DNA of 64,000 nt from Octopus sinensis (GCF_006345805.1 NC_043010.1:17608001-17672000), one strand, 5' to 3'; positions 24,309 to 36,535 are shown, counted from the first letter of the stretch. Made by a program: numbers and translations. Notes: a model not told the origin generated them from the sequence alone.

Positions 24309-24920
24309 GTCCATAACCCGTGGCCTTCTACATGGGATGGAGCCAGCCTACGTATGCATACCTTCCCTTCTTGGGACACAAAACTCTACTTGTGAAGACG
24401 TGTTGAGGCAAGTGAGGATCAGAATCGAAATCGATCAATGGAAATTGCGGATGTGCTACCAGTGCCGGTGGCATGTCGAAACTCTGCTTGTGAAGACCTG
24501 TTGAGGCAAGTGAGGATCAGAATCGAAATCGATCAATGGAAATCGATCAATGGAAATTGCAGATGTGTTACCAGTGCCGGTGGCATGTAAGAGAACTTTC
24601 CGTTTCGCGACCGTTGCCAGCACCGCCCCGTTTCGTGTCCGTTGCCAGCCTCGCCTGGCCCTTGTGCCGGTGGCACATAAAAAGCACCATCCATTCGTGG
24701 CCGTTTGCCAGCTCTGTCTGGCACCAGTGCGGTTGGCACGTAAAAAGCACCCACTACACTCACGAAGTGGTTGGCGTTAGGAAGGGCATCCAGCCGTAGA
24801 AACACTGCCAGATTTGACTGGGCCTGATGAAGCCTTCTGGCTTCACAGACCCCAGTAGAACCGTCCAACCCATGCTAGCATGGAAAACGGACGCTAAACG
24901 ATGATGATGATGATGATGAT
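21891..24920 (+). mobile_element. RTE-clade LINE, 5'-truncated, with 3' UTR and (GAT)n tail
   Basis: Starts in the C-terminal part of the APE domain (SQIDYIL..QHRLV); 3' UTR 24309-24899 homologous to more than ten fragments in the window; possible TSD TAGATGTA at 21861 and 24922. Confidence 0.95.
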
Positions 24921-25007
24921 ATAGATGTACATGTAATATGTACACATATATATACACTGATATACATGCATACATATATACACCCATACACACACACATA
25001 CAGAGGT

Positions 25008-25164
25008 GTGGCCGTGTAGTAACAAACTTGTTTCCAAAACACATAGTCCTGGGTTCAGTCCCACTGTGTGGTGACTTGGCATGTGTCTTCTGCTATAGCT
25101 TCAAACCAACCAAAGCCTTGTGAGTGAATTTTGTAGACAGAAACTGAAAGAAATCAATTATATC

Positions 25165-25231
<67 letters not shown>

Positions 25232-25385
25232 ATATGTAAGTGTATGTGTATGCCTTTGTCTCTGTGTTTCTCCCTCATCACTGCTTCACAACTGCTGTTC
25301 GTTTATTTACATCTCCATAACTTACTGGTTTGACAAAAAGAAACTGATAGAATAAGTACCAGGCTTATCAACATAAAAAAAGCAC
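25008..25385 (+). mobile_element. SINE family B copy (degenerate)
   Basis: GGTTCAGTCCCACTG head and internal (TA)n. Confidence 0.75.
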
Positions 25386-25439
25386 TAGGCAGTGTCTCAT
25401 TTTTGTTTGCTCACTCAGTTGTATCTCTCAATTTATCTT

Positions 25440-25511
<72 letters not shown>

Positions 25512-25521
25512 CATATTCATA

Positions 25522-27161
25522 TCTATTATGTCAATGTCTTTATGTGTGTTTGCGTGTTACTTACACATACGAAAACTGCTGCGCCGATCCTAATGGAATT
25601 TGGAACACAAAATCCAAGCCTAGGGAGAAGGGTAATGCTGTGTGTTTCATACAATTTCATGGACCAAAATTACTGAATGGATATTGGAACTTAGATTCAA
25701 TGCATAAGAGCGGGTATAATGCAATATATTTGGTTTGCATTTCAGATGGCTTAAAAGGGGCAGAACCCCCATGAAAATTCATAAATTTTTGATGTTGATG
25801 AAATTTCAACCATGGGTAATTGACATACATCAAGAAGTATTCTCAAAGTTTCCACTTATCAGGAGGATTCTAAGACACCCTAATGGGGGCCTTAACTCCC
25901 AAATTTTAGTAATTTCTTTTATGATCCAAAACTAGGTTAAGAGGACTGAATGGATCTTTATGAAATTTGGAAATTTTATTCTATGCATAAGGGCCATAAC
26001 CCCCATGACAATTCATATATTTTTGCTGTTAATGAAATTTTAACCATACATATTAGATACAAATGAAGTAATATTTATAAAATTTCATCTTCTTACAAGT
26101 TAGAAAGACCCCTTCATGGGAACTTAACGCCCAAAATTAATTAAGTCATTTTATCTAAGCAAAGACGAATACAGTTGTACTTTTGGAAGCTGTAGGGTCA
26201 CCCGAGCATAAAAGATGAGCATTATTTGTAATTCAATGGTACAACAGTGTAAGAGTTTGCTTTGAGATTACTTAGATTGTGATTTCTGATTGTCAAGTAA
26301 ATGAGAGGCATCTTTGCCTCTACTGATTCACAAGCAAAGTGTTGAGTAAAGTTATTTGATTGCACACCTTCTTTCAGTCTTTTTATTATCACTGGGTCAC
26401 ACATAGTCCCCAGATGGTAACATTGATTTCAAGGCCTTCCTAGATGAGTGACTGGTTATTCAAAGACATTTATAGATTGTAAATTTATTTTGTCCAGTTA
26501 TGTATCAGTATAGTGGTCATTTGCAAATTCCAGGAGTGACACTTTCATTTCTCCTTAGCCCTCACGTCACACAGTTGTTAATGTTTATTTCAGTTGAGTC
26601 ACGCCCTTCCAATTGCTATAGATCTGTACATGCATCTTAAGGCTGTGCCTGTCACCTGTATGGTGAGGAATCCTACAGTGGGAGTGTTAACGACTAGGGT
26701 ACTGTAGCTGACTGCTTATTGTGATCATTCGTCTTTTTGTTTCCTGTAGCTTTGCTCTCTTTTACAAACCCAGTGAACATACATATATTTCCTATTTCAA
26801 AGAAATTCAAACAAGATATAAGACCCAAGTTAAAAAGATTCTCAACAATCATTTCTCTGGCTGACATTAAGACACCCACCCCCAATACAGGCCTTAACTC
26901 CCACATTTTAGAGCTCCATGACCTCCATTTTAACAGGTTCCATAAGACTGGAATTTTGGAATCTGCGCATAAAAATCAGTAGTATGGGGTACATGTGTCA
27001 TGATTAGAATTTTTTAGGATGTGTAAAGAAGGAAAGAATCCTCATCTGCAATTTTGATGAAATTCGAATAATAGGTATTCCAGTTCATTACAGAAAATAT
27101 AGCAGAAAATTCTAATTCTTCAATTGCATGTAACATGGGCAACACCGGGCATCTCTGCTAG
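25522..27161 (+). mobile_element. Non-autonomous Helitron, 1.64 kb
   Basis: A|TC 5' end; 3' GGGCAACACCGGGCATCTCTG-CTAG|T; internal imperfect repeats of about 230 bp. Confidence 0.7.
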
Positions 27162-27179
27162 TGCATATATATATAGATA

Positions 27180-27585
27180 TTCTTTTACTTCTTTCAGTCA
27201 TTTGGCTGTGACCATGCTGGAGCACCGCCTTTAGTCAAACAAATTGAACCCAGGACTTATTGTTTGTAAGCCTAGTACTTATTCTATGAGTCTCTTTTGC
27301 TGAACTGCTAAGTTACAGGGACGTAGACACACCAACATCGGTTGTCAAGCGATGGTGGAGGGACAAACACTGATTCACAAATATAAACATACATATACAT
27401 TTATATATATATATATATATATGATTGGCTTCTTTCAGTTTTTGTCTACCAAACCCACTCACAAGGCTTTGGTCAGCCCGAGGCTATAGTAGAAGACACT
27501 TGCCCAAGGTGCCACGCAGTGGGACTGAACCCGGAACCACGTGGTTAGGAAGCAAGCTTCTTACCACACAGCCACTCCTGTACCT
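27180..27585 (-). mobile_element. SINE family B full copy
   Basis: Reverse complement of 57442-57883. Confidence 0.88.
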
Positions 27586-27849
27586 ATATGTGTGTGTGTG
27601 CATATACAGTAATCCCTTGACTATCGCAGGTGTTATATTCCACCCCCACCCCCATAATAGGCAAAAATCCGCAAAGTAGAAACAGTACTGTACTGTATAT
27701 TTTAAAAAATTATTTTTATAATTTGTATATATTTATTTTATTATTTTTATATATTTAATCTTTTATAAAATCTCCCCACACTCTTAGGGGTACCCATGAC
27801 TTCTCATTTTTTGCGGGTGAGGAACATAGTGACGGGCACTTGCTGGCGT

Positions 27850-29498
27850 TGCCTTTTCTTCTGTGTAAGGACATTTTTATAAACTTCCATGGCTCCATCG
27901 ATTGCTTTTCTGAACTGCAACACACAAATCATCTGTGAGTCCTAATCTTCCATCATTCTCTGAAGTTCTTTTGCCATTTTTGCTAGAGTTAAGAGGCATT
28001 CTAGTGATAGACCAACTTCCTCCCCTGGGTCCTCTCATTGTTCTTCTTCTTCTTCTTCACTTGCTGACTTTGTCATCTCTGTCAGATCTTTATCCGTTAA
28101 CAGATTTGAGTGGGTCTTGATCAGGTTATTAACATCCTTGGTAGTCATATTGATGAAGCCATCTCCTGCTAGCAATTTTGCCAGCTTCACGGGTGGATTT
28201 TGTCAGGAGAGAATACTTTATAATTGTGGACCATTTCTGGCCACAATTTCTTTCAGCTGGCATTTAAAGTTTCGTTCTTCATCTCCTTTATGGCCTTCTG
28301 AATACTTTGGAGACACATTGCAATGGTGTACCCATGCCAGTACTCTTTCAGCGAAAAGTTATCATCTGAGCCCATAGCCTTGAGCAGGTTTTGCAGGAAG
28401 TTTCGCATATAGAGCGCCTTAAAAACATGAATAACGCCTTGATCCATGGGCTGGATTAGCAATGTGGTGTTTGATGGTAAGAATTCGATGTGTACGCCCT
28501 CATACGACAGGTCAAGCACGTGACTTCCAGCATTGTCCATTAAGAGAAGCACTTTGAATTCCAGTCCTTTTTCGGCGAGATAAACCTTAACTTTGGGGAT
28601 GAAGTACTGGTGATGCCAATCCGATGTCAGTGGTTTCTTTATCCATGCCTTCTGGTTGTGCACCCAATGCACTGGCAGCAGGCTCTTATTTTTTTGAGTG
28701 TCCTTGGGTTTTTGGACTTATAAATAAGCCTTGGATTTATCATAAAGTTTGCAGCATTTCCACACATTATAATTGTGACGCAATCTTTGTACACCTTAAA
28801 TCCAGGGATTCTGGCCTCTTCTTTCATAATGAAAGTCCTAAATGGTATCTGTTTCCAAAAGAGGCCAATCTCATCCATATTGAAACCTTGTTCATGCAAA
28901 TATCTCCCTTCCTTGACGATGGTCATGAACGTCTCATTCATGCACTCCTCAGGGGCGGGTTTGTCAGCAGAAGCAGCTTTTCTATGCAGGGACACACTCT
29001 TAAGGTTGGACCTCCTTTGAAATCTATCAAACCAGCCCTTGATGGTATTGAATTCAGTTGGTTTGGTAGAAGATGCTGTAGACGATCCTGGTTCAGGGTC
29101 GTTTGGGTCATCATCACCATCATCTGTAAACTTACCATACAGCTGCCTGGCCTTCTCACAGATGGTGTTGGGATCCAGTGCAGTGTTCTTCTTCCTGCAG
29201 TCACTGATCCAAAGGCCTAATGTAGACTCCATCGTTATGATGGCCTTATTGTGGGAAGTTACTATCTTGTCAGCGTCTTGTTAAAAATCACTTTTGCTGT
29301 CACCCTTATATTATTTTCATCCTTCTTGATGTAACAAACGGTAGATTCATGGATGCCATAATGGTAGCCTACACCTGCATACTTTCTCCCTTCCTTAAGC
29401 ATGTTCAGAAGTTTCACCTGCTCTGCAATAGTAAGTATCTTCTGGCATTTCACTTCACTGCCAGAAGCCTTAGAAGGTGCAGAAAGTTTGGGCAACAC
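27850..29498 (-). pseudogene. Tigger (TIGD1-like) transposase, frameshifted
   Basis: CENP-B HTH (29262-29498), SKGWF-like motif, FNMDE, DDE_1 motifs LLLMDNAGSH and LIQPMDQGVI in three frames. Confidence 0.9.
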
Positions 29499-29647
29499 TG
29501 TAAGGCTTGAAAGAAATCCACAATTTTACACCCAAATGCAAAACAACACCACACACTCACCGCCTGAGTTTCATTTTCCATACAATTCTTTGCTTACTCA
29601 CATGTGGTACTCTACATATTTTCTTTTAATATATCTTAATTAATGTG

Positions 29648-29959
29648 GCATGTAAAAGGGCACCATTCGAGCATGATCGTTACCAAAGTCGCCTTACTGG
29701 CACCTGTGCTGGAGGCATGTGTAAAAGGATTTGAGTGAGGTCGTTGCCAGTATCACCTGACTGGCCCCCGTGCCGGTGGCACGTAAAAAGCACCCACTAC
29801 TCTCGGAGTGGTTGGCGTTAGGAAGGGCATCCAGCTGTAGAAACTCTGCCAAATCAAAATTGGGGCCTGGTGCAACCATCTGGTTCGCCAGCCCTCAATC
29901 AAAATCGTCCAACCCATGCTAGCATGGAAAGCAGACATTAAACGATGATGATGATGGTG
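29648..29959 (+). mobile_element. RTE 3' fragment nested in Tigger
   Basis: 17-bp TSD ATATCTTAATTAATGTG at 29631-29647 and 29960-29976; (GAT)n tail. Confidence 0.92.
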
Positions 29960-30319
29960 ATATCTTAATTAATGTGTTATACAGTGAAGTATTGTATTCT
30001 TATTTATTTTAATCTTATTAATTTTTAGGCATGAAAATGCTTATTTTACCTCAGAAATAATTAAAGTCTAAAATAAACATAAATACCTATCAACTGCAGA
30101 AACCAAAAATATCCTGAGGAGTCTGTGATTTAAACTTACATAAAATATATTAACCAGAAAAATCCGCAATGTACCGGGTGTGTGATATATGAACCGCAAT
30201 ATGGTGAGAGATTACTGTATATAAGATACAATTAAAATTCAGTTGAATTAGGTACTTAAACTGAGACACCTTGTTAGGTTTGAGTAACATGCATACTCAA
30301 CAATATTCAATGGCTGATG

Positions 30320-30600
30320 CTAGTACCCACTGACTGGCCCCTGTGCCAGTGACACATAAAAAGCACCATCTGAACATGACTGATGCTAGGCCCACCTAAC
30401 TGACCCCTGTACTGGTGGCACGTAAAAAGCACCCACTACACTCTCGGAGTGGTTGGCTTTAGGAAGGGCATCTAGCTGTAGAAACATTGCCAGATCAGAT
30501 TGGAACCTGGTGCAGCTGCTGGCTCTCCAGATCTCAGTCAAACCATCTAACCTGCGCCAGCATGGAAAACGGACGTTAATAGATGATAATAATGATATAT
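30320..30600 (+). mobile_element. RTE 3' UTR fragment
   Basis: Homologous to 24700-24920. Confidence 0.8.
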
Positions 30601-31579
30601 ATATATGTGTGTGTATATATAATAGAGAGAGAGAAGCTCAATTAATAACATAGAGGTTAAGGTATTATCAATGCAAAGAACAGACACGGCACTTAGACAG
30701 ATTACAGAAGCCACACGCATAGTAATAGATAAAATTGAGCCGCAAAAGAAAACATAAATAGAATGATAAAACCCACCACCAGCACCAACACATTATGCAA
30801 CACCACAACTAGAGACTGAAGGAGAGAAAAAAAAAACAGGATACAAGTACAAACAATGTAATACACACACAAAAGACAAACATGCACATACCTATGATGA
30901 AATATAAGAATTCAAGATAAATAAGTAAACAAACAAAAGGAAATATATAAAGGACACAGATACAAACAATATAGTAAGCAAACCCACATACACACACAAG
31001 CATACAAACTGTTCACAAATGGCTGCAACAACAACAATAACCATGATGACAACAACATGAACAAACACACAGACACAGAAAGGTACAAGGATAATGTCAA
31101 AATAAGGGTCAAGAGCAACAGCAACAGAAGAGAAAACGTAGGTGAGGTGGGGGTCAACATACTAAGTGCCACTAAGAACAACAACTATAATGGTAACAAC
31201 TGCATAAAGAGGACGAATACAAACAGTGTAGTCGGCAAAACACATTCAAACACACATAAGCACACATGCAAAACACACACATACACACACAAATGCATGT
31301 GCAGCTGAAGATAAACATAGGACAGAATGAACTAAGCAGAACAGGAGGGTACAAATGGATGGAAGAGGTTGCTGAAGAGGTCACAGATGTGTGATGAAAG
31401 ATTCCCAGGCAATGCACATAAGATAGAATAAGAACAGTAATAAACGAGTGAAGAACGAATATATATAGAGCGTGTGTTTATTTGGCAAAAAAAAAAAAAT
31501 TACGTCCCAAATTATAACAATATCTGTTTCAACACATGATTTCACATCAGAAATCTTGTGAAAGGTATTCATAAACATG

Positions 31580-31614
<35 letters not shown>

Positions 31615-31781
31615 CTAATAATAGAAGGGTAAAAATTTATTAATCAAATTAATTAATAAATCAATCAATTAATTAATAATTTCACCAAGTAGATTGGTTT
31701 GTCAAAATAACCTTTATAGGTAAAATTATACAAATATTTTATAATTATCCACATAATTATAATTAGGGTTCAGCTAATTGC

Positions 31782-32237
31782 TTCACTACATGCCAAATTA
31801 AGAAATAGTAGTTAAAATTCCTTTTCTGCTACTATAAGAATCTCCATGACGGTAACATACTTTTTTACGAAGGCAAAGAGAAAAACAATGAATCAACACA
31901 ACCAGGATTAACTACATACGCGTTTCGAGATTAAAGTGATTTAAATTTTACTTACTTCTCTCTTCAGTATAGTATCTCCAATTTATAAAATTTGAAAGTG
32001 CTAGGGCTGAATATGCACATGATTGAGCGACATCATGTAACAGATATCCAACCAACACTTCCAAAATTGGAAATATTATACTTTAATCTTGAAACGCGTA
32101 TATAACTAATCCTGGTCGTGTTGATTCATTGTTTTTCTCTTTGCCTTCATAAAAAAGTATGTTTACCATCATGGAGATTGTTATAGTAGTAGAAAAGGAA
32201 TTTTTAACTAGTATTTCTAATTTCGGTATGTAGTGAA
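31782..32237 (-). mobile_element. Penelope-like terminal repeat with about 156-bp inverted arm
   Basis: Arms 31782-31937 and 32080-32237; contains a canonical HHR. Confidence 0.7.
31911..31973 (-). ncRNA. Minimal type I hammerhead ribozyme (canonical core)
   Basis: Minus strand ACTATA / CTGAAGA / GAGA-26 nt-TCTC / GAAA / CGCG / TA / TGTAGT. Confidence 0.85.
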
Positions 32238-32751
32238 ACAGTTATATATATATATAATATATATATAAGGAGTTAAAAGCAGGTGTTATTCAAATTTGAA
32301 TAACACCTGCATTTAACTCCATTTATTTATTTAAGAATATTATACAAAATATTTTACATAAACTCGGCGTTTCTACCATTAAAAACAAGGTGTTACGCCC
32401 TTTTTACTTGTGTGATTTTTTGCTACCCTAGTAACTGTTTATCTATTTTTCCATGTCAATCATAACAAGGGAAAAATATACACTTCTATTTATATATACT
32501 CTGTTTTTAAATGACTTGCTTTCGGTACGATATGTTTATTTTAGTAGTTTTGACTTTGAGAGTCCCTCCTAGCGTGTGGCATTTATGTGTAATAATGCCC
32601 TCTATAAAATAAAAATGAATCCATTTAAAGGAAAAAAAATTCATGCATTTTTTTCTCTTATGAGGTTTTTCACGCTAACTACTTGATAAATTCTTATAAA
32701 GATTTTATCTTATTTTTAAATTAGAAATCTATTTATATATATATTTCTATA

Positions 32752-32950
32752 TTACCCACAATGGGCTAAACATAGAGGGGACAAACAAGGACAAAGTATT
32801 AAATCGATTATATCGACCCCAGTGCGTAACTGGTACTTAATTTATTGACCCCGAAAGGCGAAGTCGACCTCAGCAGAATTTGAACTCAGAATGTAACAGC
32901 AGACGAAATACGGCTACGCATTTTGCCCGGCCTGCTAACGTTTCTGCCAG
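32752..32950 (-). mobile_element. SINE family A copy
   Basis: Reverse complement of the 8940-9170 unit. Confidence 0.85.
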
Positions 32951-33394
32951 ATATATATATATGTATGTATGTATGTATATACACACACACATATATATAT
33001 ATATATACATATATACATATGTATGTATGTATGTATGTAGTATGTATGTATATATGTATCAGGGACATGCTGTCTAGATAGGCAAAGTAGACAGTGCCAA
33101 CCTTGCATAAAATAGAGTTTTATGGCAAAATATGTACCTAATTCAATAAAATTGTGCGTAAAATGCAAAATATTTTTATTGTTTTGTAGATTAAGTAAGC
33201 ATAACTTACTCCTGCTTTTCAATCTCAGTATTTAAGATACGCACAGAACTGCTGTAGCACACATGCTGCGTACACTCCTACAACACCGGTTTCTGTATGT
33301 GCTATAAAGGCAAAAATAGATCTGCTTTCAACTCAGTTGTTCACTACATAAAGGTCACCAACTGCCTACCTGAGTAATTACTGATGGCATATAC

Positions 33395-33442
<48 letters not shown>

Positions 33443-33452
33443 ATATATATTC

Positions 33453-33787
33453 TCACATATTATATTTATTGATAAATTCCTCTATTTTACATAATATTGA
33501 GGTCTCATTCATTCCTTTTGTTGTTATATTATTATTAATATATATATATTAATAATAATATGACAATAAAAGGAATGAATGAGACCTCAATATTATGTAA
33601 AATAGAGGAATTATCAATAAATATAATATGTGACAATTAGTTGGTTGTCGTAATAAAACTCAGTTTCAGATGTTGGGGCTGAAGTCTGCTCTGGCACCTC
33701 ATCAGTTATTAAGACATGCCGGAGCAGACTTCAGCCCCATCTGAAACTGAGTTTTATTACGACAACCAACTAATTATCACATATTAT
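33453..33787. repeat. Two overlapping palindromes between (TA)n tracts
   Basis: 33453-33633 centred on a TA run; 33623-33787 with a short spacer. Confidence 0.9.
33651..33711 (-). ncRNA. Hammerhead ribozyme-like motif
   Basis: TAATAA / CTGATGA / GGTG..CATCT / GAAA / CTGAG / TT / TTATTA; helix II imperfect, GUU site. Confidence 0.6.
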
Positions 33788-33852
<65 letters not shown>

Positions 33853-34744
33853 AATATATATATATATGTATATATACACAGACACACACATACATATATA
33901 TATATAGTGATTGTATTTAGGTGCCAATGATGGGGAACAAGTTATTATGACAGAGAAGAAAAATATTTTGCCAGAAAATCAATAAGAGAGCCTCTAGGTG
34001 GTTTCTTGACCTGCTAAAAATAGTAGACACATCTCCCTCAAAACACATCCGTCATAGAAAAAGAATACAACAGGGGGACATGTTAGATAATGCCATCATA
34101 GATACAATATGTGTGAACACCAGTTATGAGAGTCGTATTTGAATTGTCTTTGATCATAAATGAATCCTCAGTCTGAGCTGACCTTGGGTTAAATAACAAC
34201 AACAACAACAGCAGCAGCAACAGTACAGTGGAAGATTAATAGAAAGAAGACGAAAACTAGAGCAATAGTAGCCAAGACTGTTGATAGTAATGACTGTGAA
34301 ATCCCTCAGGCTTTCTCACTATTAGGGTAGGGGCCAGAACAAGAGGAGATGGGATATAAATACAGTCAACCTTTTGCTCAGTTGCATACCTGGGTTTCAC
34401 TTATTTTTTTTGTGTTTTACTACATAAAGGTCATCAACTGCCTACCCTGAGTAATTACTGATGGCCACGGATTTTTGTCAGTGAACAGGTCGCAGATTTT
34501 AGCGACGAAAATATTTTGACAAATTAAACTTAAATGTTGAAGTTAATCGAACGGCTTTTGTGTGTTTCTTAAATGGCTTACAAACACCTTCCACGCTGCA
34601 ATTGTTTTCGTTCCAGCACACGATCTCAGATCAAATCACTTGCTATGCGAGTACATCTCCCTATATATATATATATGTATGTATGTATCCCTCCCCCTCT
34701 TCTCCTCACTACACCACATGACTTTACACATAACATCACATATG

Positions 34745-35095
34745 ATGTGCCATACTAATACACACACCAACTAATACATACTAATACGTACTAATACATA
34801 CTAGTACATACTAATACTTACACCAACCCTATACATACACACGTCCTGACCCCGCATACGCACTTATACTCTCTCGCACACACACACACACACCTATACA
34901 TACCAATACGTACTAATACATACTAATACATACACCAACCCCATACATACGCACGTCCAGACCAATCCTATGCACTAATACTCTCTCATACACACACACA
35001 CACACACACACACCCTTATACATACTAATACATACACCAACCCTATACATACACCAACCCTATACATACACACATCCAGACCCCTCCCACGCACT
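34745..35095. repeat. CA-rich higher-order tandem repeat
   Basis: Recurrent CATACTAATA and CACCAACCCTATACATACAC units. Confidence 0.85.
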
Positions 35096-35099
35096 ATTA

Positions 35100-35402
35100 G
35101 CTGGTCCCTCAACCCTTTTATCAACCCTATTATCTCCCCTTATTTCGCTCTCGCGTCTCATGTTTGATCTTTGACCTCTGGCCGAAATCAGATCGCCATG
35201 TTGATTCGTTAGCTACTGCACGCATTTTTTTTCTCTCCTTCTTTCTGTGTTTTTCTCTCTCTGTGTATCTTTCTGTTGAAGAGCGTAGGCTTGAAACGTT
35301 AAAGACTTGTTTTATTTATATTTCCTGAGCGCCATACTAATACAATTGTTCGTTTGTTTTCCACCTGCCTTCGTCTTTTGTTTATTTTCATAAAGCTTCC
35401 CG
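35100..35402 (+). mobile_element. Penelope-like terminus with HHR-like variant
   Basis: TCTTT CTGTTGA AGAGC GTAG GCTT GAAA CG TT AAAGA at 35268-35305; ends at (TA)n. Confidence 0.6.
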
Positions 35403-35435
35403 TTATATATATATATATATATATGTATATGTTGC

Positions 35436-35491
<56 letters not shown>

Positions 35492-36133
35492 TCACTGCCT
35501 GGAATCGAACTCGAATTTTGGGGTTAGTAGCCTGTGCTCTTAACCACTACGTCGTATGTCTGTCAAATGTAAATAATGTACATAATTCCTCATCTCTTAA
35601 ATATAGAACAATATTTATGTTTTCTTCAGAATAAATAGGGTCAGTGGTCCCCAATTTCCTGCCAGGATTGACTTCCTTACTCTTCACTTCTCCTCAAGCA
35701 TTCACTGGCAGTTAGGGTTTATGTTTGGAGTTATGCTTCTCCTCATCTGGCTGCCCTCTGTGATTGCCAAGCCTAAACTGCCCCTCCCCTCAATTATATC
35801 ACAAATGTAGATGCAGTGGTGCTTTCTTCTGGAGGTATACTTTCATGAAAGCTAAAGAGGGCAGCTCATCACTCACTCACTTGGTATTTCTAAGTCCTCG
35901 TGCTTTTGCCTGGTGGTTGTGGAATTTATGTTCAGCTCAGCTTTTCCTTTTGATAAATTTAGTATTTGTCCTGCTGGACATCTTGCAACCCACCCACCAC
36001 CACCACCACCACCACCATCAAGTCTAGTGGAGCGGGGTGGGGCCGGTTTAGTCACTGACTATGGCAACAGGTCATACTGGATTACACTGTGAGTAACCTG
36101 GTGTGTGTGTGTGTGTGAGAGAGGACCTGACAC

Positions 36134-36173
<40 letters not shown>

Positions 36174-36287
36174 GATGAATATGGTACTTAAGTTAAGGCA
36201 CCAGAATTTATTATCCATACAATTTCAAAATAAGGTGATTAAAATCAAAATAAGCAACAAGGATATCCAGGGGAGTGTGTATATATA

Positions 36288-36535
36288 CATCACCATCATC
36301 ATCATTGTTTAATGTCCGTTTTCCATGCTGGCATGGGTTGGATGGTTTGACTGGGGACTGGCAAGCCAAGGGGCCACACCAGGCTCTAATCTGATCTGGC
36401 AATGTTTCTACAGCTGGATACCCTTCCTAATGCCAACCACTCTGAGAGTGTAGTGGGTGCTTTTTACGTGCTACCGGTACTGGAGCCAGTCAGGCGGGGA
36501 ACTGGCATCAGCCATGTTCAGATGGTGCTTTTTAC
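36288..36535 (-). mobile_element. RTE 3' UTR fragment
   Basis: (CAT)n tail plus conserved UTR. Confidence 0.8.

Larger units (their letters stand above)
27607..30217 (-). mobile_element. Tigger/pogo DNA transposon, full span
   Basis: TA|CAGTAATCCC.. and ..GAGATTACTG|TA termini; internal transposase. Confidence 0.9.

Noticed and set aside
21690-24379. Minus-strand ORFs overlapping the RTE ORF
   Set aside because: Antisense shadows of the RT frame with no recognisable motifs.
24822-24848. CTGATGA followed by a stem in the RTE 3' UTR as an HHR
   Set aside because: No GAAA, helix III or helix I partner follows.
26222-26404. Helitron Rep fragment (NSYTVVPLNY resembles DNRWVVPYNP)
   Set aside because: Similarity too weak and antisense to the element's orientation; needs a profile search.
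30650-31400. A/C-rich strand-asymmetric tract as coding
   Set aside because: Low-complexity sequence with no motif; short ORFs only.
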